From the NCBI GenBank assembly GCA_963776345.1, contig CAVZMH010000019.1:192001-256000 (forward strand): 64,000 nucleotides of DNA. The letters are read 5' to 3'. Origin of the DNA: an uncultured delta proteobacterium (GTDB lineage Bacteria; Myxococcota; Myxococcia; Myxococcales; Myxococcaceae). Under the pieces are notes generated by a model, which did not search any database, had not been told where the DNA came from, and saw only the letters and a program-made list of their open reading frames with translations. Made by a program: the position numbers and the translations under genes. Shown here one piece after another: positions 59,673 through 64,000 of this stretch; positions within the stretch are counted from its first letter, which is position 1; each line of letters opens with the position of its first letter.

Positions 59673-61475
59673 ATGGCCGCCGTGCTCCAGCCCACCCATC
59701 CCGCCGCCGTTCCCCAGGGAGGCGGCTTCCTCTTCCAGGAGGCCGGCAGGACGCGCATCACCTCGCCCGAGACCTTCACCGAGGAGCAGCGGATGCTCTT
59801 CCGGACGGCGCTGCAGTTCTGTCGCGAGCAAGTGCTGCCGCAGGCCGATGCCATCGAGGCCAAGACGCCGGGCCTCCTGCGCTCCCTGCTGACCAGGGCG
59901 GGCGAGCTGGGCCTCCTGATGGTCGACATCCCCGAGCGGTTCGGCGGGCTGGGCGGCGACAAGACCACCTCGCTCCTGCTGGCCGAGGCCAACTCGCTGA
60001 TGGGGAGCTGGAGCGTCACCTTCGCCGCGCACACCGGCATCGGCACGCTGCCCATCGCCTGGTTCGGCACCGAGGCCCAGAAGGCGCGCTGGCTGCCGAA
60101 GCTGGCCACCGGCGAGCTGGTCGCGGCCTACGCCCTGACCGAGCAGGGGAGCGGGAGCGACGCGCTGGGGGCGAAGACCAGGGCGGTGAAGAGCCCCGAC
60201 GGCAAGTCGTGGATCCTGAACGGGAGCAAGCTCTACATCACCAACGCCGCGTTCGCCGACGTGTTCGTGGTCTTCGCCAAGGTGGACGGCGAGCACTTCA
60301 CCGGCTTCGTGGTGGAGAAGGGGACGCCCGGGCTGACCGTGGGGCCCGAGGAGCACAAGATGGGCATCCGTGGCTCGTCCACCTGTCCGCTGTACTTCGA
60401 GGACGCGCGCATCCCGGCGGAGAACCTGCTCGGGGAGATCGGCAAGGGACACAAGATCGCCTTCAACATCCTCAACCTCGGGCGGCTGAAGCTCGGGGCG
60501 GGCGTGCTCGGCGGGATGAAGATCCAGCTCGGAGGCGCGCTGCGTTTCGCCGAGGAGCGGAAGCAGTTCAAGACCCCGGTGGCCCGGTTCCCGCTGATCC
60601 GCGAGAAGCTGGCCCGGATGGCGGGGTGGATCTACGCCATCGAGTCGATGACCTACCGGACGACGGGGCTCATCGACGCGCTGCTGGCCAGCCAGAAGGC
60701 GGGCGCCGAGGACGACGCGAAGACCATCGCCGCGATCGAGGAGTTCGCGATCGAGTCGTCGATCATGAAGGTGATGGGGAGCGAGGCGCTGGGCAACCTC
60801 GTCGACGACGCGGTGCAGATCCACGGCGGCGCCGGCTTCATCCAGGAGTACCCGGTGGAGCGGGCGTACCGGGACGCGCGCATCAACCGCATCTTCGAGG
60901 GGACCAACGAGATCAACCGGATGCTGGTCACCGGGATGCTGCTCAAGCGAGCGGTGAAGGGGAGCCTCCCGCTGTTCGCCCAGGCCGAGGCGGTGGAGAA
61001 AGCGCTCGCCGAGAAGCAGCTGCCCGCGCCCTCGGGGGGTGACGCGCTGGCCGGCACGGCCCGGGACGCGGAGGCGCTGAAGATGGCGGCCCTCTACGCG
61101 ATGAAGGTCGCCACCGAGCGGTTCGGGACGGAGATCGAGAAGCACCAGGAGGTGATGGCGGCCATCGCCGACGTGGTGATGGACGCCTACGCGGTGGACT
61201 CGATGGTCGCCCGGACGCGCCAGGCGGCGTCGGCGGCGGGGCTCGATCCGGTCCGGGTGGCGATGACCCAGGCCTACGCCGCGGACGCGATCGCCCGGAG
61301 CGGCGAGCGGGCCCGCCGCGCCCTCTGCGCCTCGAGCGAGGGGAGCGCGCTGGAGACGCACCTCGAGCGCATCGCTCCGCTGTTCGCCTTCCGGCCGTTC
61401 GATCCGGCGGCGCTGCGCGAGACGGTGGTCCGCGCCGCGGAGGAGGCCGGCGGCTACCCGCTCGCGCTCGCCTGA
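59673..61475 (+). CDS. Acyl-CoA dehydrogenase (long form)
   Basis: 'AYALTEQGSGSD', 'LNGSKLYITN', 'KMGIRGSST', 'QIHGGAGF...YRDARINRIFEGTNE'. Confidence 0.94.
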   Translation: MAAVLQPTHPAAVPQGGGFLFQEAGRTRITSPETFTEEQRMLFRTALQFCREQVLPQADAIEAKTPGLLRSLLTRAGELGLLMVDIPERFGGLGGDKTTSLLLAEANSLMGSWSVTFAAHTGIGTLPIAWFGTEAQKARWLPKLATGELVAAYALTEQGSGSDALGAKTRAVKSPDGKSWILNGSKLYITNAAFADVFVVFAKVDGEHFTGFVVEKGTPGLTVGPEEHKMGIRGSSTCPLYFEDARIPAENLLGEIGKGHKIAFNILNLGRLKLGAGVLGGMKIQLGGALRFAEERKQFKTPVARFPLIREKLARMAGWIYAIESMTYRTTGLIDALLASQKAGAEDDAKTIAAIEEFAIESSIMKVMGSEALGNLVDDAVQIHGGAGFIQEYPVERAYRDARINRIFEGTNEINRMLVTGMLLKRAVKGSLPLFAQAEAVEKALAEKQLPAPSGGDALAGTARDAEALKMAALYAMKVATERFGTEIEKHQEVMAAIADVVMDAYAVDSMVARTRQAASAAGLDPVRVAMTQAYAADAIARSGERARRALCASSEGSALETHLERIAPLFAFRPFDPAALRETVVRAAEEAGGYPLALA

Positions 61476-61490
61476 GCAGGTCGCGTCCGC

Positions 61491-62024
61491 TCAGGTCTCG
61501 ACCTGCATCGGCGGCTTGCCGAATCGCGCCGCGGGTTGCCCCGGGATCGGCCCGGCGCGCCGGGGGAGCAGCATCGCCCCGAGTCCGCTGGCGAGGGTGA
61601 GCGGGAACACCGCGAACCACCCCAGTAGCGGCACCACGAAGAGCAGAGCGAGCACCCCCCCGCCCCGGAGCACGCGCCTCCAGGGCAGGGTGTCATCCAC
61701 CGGAGCGGCGAGGCCGGTGCCGATCAGGTCCGCGAGGCCGGCCGAGCCGAGCAGCGCCACCACCAGCGGGACCATCAGCGCCGCCCCGGTCAGGAGCTTC
61801 ACCCCCGGATGCGGCGCGTGCGCGAAGGCGGCGAACACCAGACCGACCGGCACCAGCGCAAGCAGGCCGACCAGCGTCGCCGCCACCGGCCGCGTGGCGT
61901 AGGTCCGGTGCGCGCGCTCCACCGCGGGCCGGAACAGCGCCACCGCGGCCAGCCAGTAGGCGTTCAGGGCCAGGGAGGCCCCGACGACGATGAGGAACCA
62001 GAAGAGGATGTCGGCGAAGTTCAT
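61491..62024 (-). CDS. Membrane protein
   Basis: ATGA-coupled start 'MNFADILFWFL', 4-5 TM helices. Confidence 0.7.
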   Translation of the reverse strand: MNFADILFWFLIVVGASLALNAYWLAAVALFRPAVERAHRTYATRPVAATLVGLLALVPVGLVFAAFAHAPHPGVKLLTGAALMVPLVVALLGSAGLADLIGTGLAAPVDDTLPWRRVLRGGGVLALLFVVPLLGWFAVFPLTLASGLGAMLLPRRAGPIPGQPAARFGKPPMQVET

Positions 62025-62447
62025 GGCGTCTCGGTCCGGCGGGAGGTGAAGGGGAAGTCGAGCGTCAGCTCGGGCCAGCGAGCGACCGCGGCGAGCGCGG
62101 ACTGCGCGGGGGGAAGGGCAGGGCGCGGAGCCACCGGGGCCGGCGGGAGGCGCGGCGGATGCGGAAGCTCGCGGCGGAGGGACACGACGCGGGCGGCGAC
62201 CCCGTCCACCCTGGAAGGAGATCGGCCCCGGGAAGAGCAGCACCGCCGCTGCTCCGGCCGCGGCGAGCGTGGCGAGACCCGCCCAGGCGAGGCGCTCCGG
62301 CGTGCGGGGTCGTGCGGCTGCCCGGGCGAGGAGACCCCGGCGCCCCACGCGCTCCACCCAGGCCGCGGCCATCGGAGCGCTCGCCGTCCCGGGCCTGCGC
62401 CTCGCCGCGTCCACCAGCCGTTCCCACCGACGGTCGAGGTCACTCAC
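62021..62447 (-). CDS. Putative single-TM anti-sigma factor, frameshifted near 62210
   Basis: Overlaps the sigma stop. The TM segment is followed by a frame change into the Pro-rich C-terminus of ORF 62021..62443. Confidence 0.5.
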
Positions 62448-63057
62448 CGGAGCCCTCCCCCGGGACGGAGAGGAGCCGCCGGGCCGCCTTCTGCAGGCGC
62501 CGTCGCGCCCGGAACGCGCGCACCTTGAGCGCCGTGCGGCTCCGGCCGGTGAGCGCCGAGACCTCCTCCAGCGAGCGCTCCTCGAGCGAGAGCAGGGTGA
62601 GGAGCAGCCGGTCCTCCGCCGGGAGCTCGGCCAGGAGCGCCTCCACCGCGGCGCGCGCGCCGAGCACCTCGTCCGCCCGCGGCCCCGGATCCACGAGCAG
62701 CGAGCCGATCCACTGCAGCGCCTCGGCGGAGAGCGGGAGCGCCGGAGCCCGGCGCCGCTCCGAGCGGAGCGCGTCGCGGCAGAGGTTGATGGTCAGCCGC
62801 GACAGCCAGTGCTCGAAGGGAATCCCGTCCTGCTCCCGGTAGCGGTCGAGGCGGATGAAGAGGGCGAGGAAGACCTCCTGCACCAGGTCGTCCTCCGGCA
62901 CCGTGCGCGGCCGGTGGGCGCGCACCAGCCGGCGCACCAGCGGCTCGCAGTGCCGGACCAGCCGCTCCGCCGCGAGCCTCTCGCCCCGGCGCACGCCGTC
63001 GAGACACGGCCCGAGCTGCAGGGGCAGGTCCGCAACCGCTGGACACGAGGCAGCCAT
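62440..63057 (-). CDS. ECF sigma factor
   Basis: 'DDLVQEVFL...FEHWLSRLTINLCRD', 'ALKVRAFRARRRL'. Confidence 0.88.
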   Translation of the reverse strand: MAASCPAVADLPLQLGPCLDGVRRGERLAAERLVRHCEPLVRRLVRAHRPRTVPEDDLVQEVFLALFIRLDRYREQDGIPFEHWLSRLTINLCRDALRSERRRAPALPLSAEALQWIGSLLVDPGPRADEVLGARAAVEALLAELPAEDRLLLTLLSLEERSLEEVSALTGRSRTALKVRAFRARRRLQKAARRLLSVPGEGSGE

Positions 63058-63070
63058 CCACGACTCGGAG

Positions 63071-63095
63071 AACGACGGGTTCGTCGAGCGGTTAC
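63071..63095 (-). promoter_or_regulatory. Candidate ECF autoregulatory promoter GTAACC-N15-CGTT
   Basis: AAC/CGT ECF-type boxes immediately upstream of the sigma gene. Confidence 0.45.
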
Positions 63096-63329
63096 GTCCG
63101 CCGAGCCTTCTCCTTGCCCGGGCCGGAGAGGCCGTGGAGCGACCTGGCGGTAAGGCCGCGAACCGACTCGGGCCGATCCGCGGACTGGCGCCACGCGCTC
63201 CTCCTAGCCCAGGGCGTCGACGTCACCCGGCGCGGCGTGGCCAAGTGCCGCGAGGTGCTCGGAATCCCTCCGGTGCACGAGCGCAGGCGCCCCTGAGCGG
63301 AACGCCCGGTCGCGCACCCGAGGGGAGTG

Positions 63330-64000
63330 CTATGGAGCGTAGCCGCTCGCCGGGCTCCGGAGCCGCCCGCGCACGCTCTCCAGCGCATTCCGGTACAGCC
63401 GGTCGTCCTTCCTCGAGAGCGCCTCGACGTAGAGCGCCTCCGCCCGCTCCCAGTCCCCGAGCGCCTCGAGCACCAGCCCGAGGTCGTACGCGGCCGCCGC
63501 CAGCTCCGGATGCCGGGCGTGCACCGACTCGAACGAGGCGCGGGCCTCCTCGAGCTCTCCGCGCGAGGCCGCGGTCGCCCCGGGCTGGAGCAGCGGGCTG
63601 TCGACGTCGAGCTCCACCTCCTCCACCCGGGGCCGCGGGGCGAGCGCGCGCAGCAGGTCGTCGACCGCCCGGAGGCTCGACTCCACCAGGAGCTGTGACT
63701 GGCCGGCGTGCGCGACGTCGGACGCGCTCTCGCTCCCCTCCACCAGGCCGCCGGTCTCGTACGGCTCGCTCCACGGTCCGTCGGGCGTGCGGGCCACCCG
63801 GGTGAGCAGCCGCACCCGGGCCTGCGGCTCGGCCCCGCCGCCGTCGGTGCGCGGCGAGGCGAAGCTCCACTCGGCCACCTCGAGCACGACGTACGCGCGG
63901 CGGCCGCTCGCATCCACGGGCTCGCCCGGCCTCCAGGCCTCCACCTGGAAGAAGCCCTGCCGCGCGGCGCGGCCCTTCAGCGTGTGCACCACGACGGAGG
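63330..64000 (-). CDS. TPR-containing protein (5' end outside window)
   Basis: 'AAAAYDLGLVLEALGDWERAEALYVEAL'. The frame is open to the window edge. Confidence 0.7.
   Translation of the reverse strand, partial: SVVVHTLKGRAARQGFFQVEAWRPGEPVDASGRRAYVVLEVAEWSFASPRTDGGGAEPQARVRLLTRVARTPDGPWSEPYETGGLVEGSESASDVAHAGQSQLLVESSLRAVDDLLRALAPRPRVEEVELDVDSPLLQPGATAASRGELEEARASFESVHARHPELAAAAYDLGLVLEALGDWERAEALYVEALSRKDDRLYRNALESVRGRLRSPASGYAP

Overview
Very GC-rich bacterial DNA. Gene content (carD-carG, PEGA-domain Ser/Thr kinase, ECF sigma factors, needle-less type III export genes) points to Myxococcota. From left to right: (1) a minus-strand operon (2-12009) with two secreted two-domain cupredoxin proteins, a ~2,530-aa lipoprotein whose N-terminus is a third cupredoxin pair, a small exported protein and a LolA-like lipoprotein, next to a penta-haem cytochrome c lipoprotein; (2) an isolated fliN/sctQ-fliO-fliP-fliQ-fliR-flhB-flhA export-gate operon; (3) housekeeping genes (IHF/HU, YihY, RNase E/G, acyP, ligA, rho); (4) a redox/efflux island with two Zn-ribbon thioredoxins, DUF2892, an ECF sigma fused to a Zn-finger, a duplicated cupin and TolC-MFP-RND; (5) ALDH, a glutamine-synthetase-like ligase and an Fe-ADH; (6) a GT39 glycosyltransferase, a beta-propeller, LuxR plus a flavoprotein, carD-carG, a kinase, an acyl-CoA dehydrogenase and a second ECF operon. 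Best candidate for a novel system: the copper ligands of one multicopper oxidase appear split between separate genes. One subunit has only the domain-1 ligands plus the T1 site, a second has only the domain-2 ligands, and the giant third has none. This suggests a heterotrimeric, surface-anchored oxidase. Second candidate: a repeated GAACCC-N16-GCTCTCA promoter motif that may define a local regulon for the Zn-finger-fused ECF sigma, including one promoter with no ORF behind it. Several small frameshifts look like sequencing errors. I saw no rRNA, tRNA, CRISPR array or transposase. Family assignments come from motif recognition by eye, not database searches.
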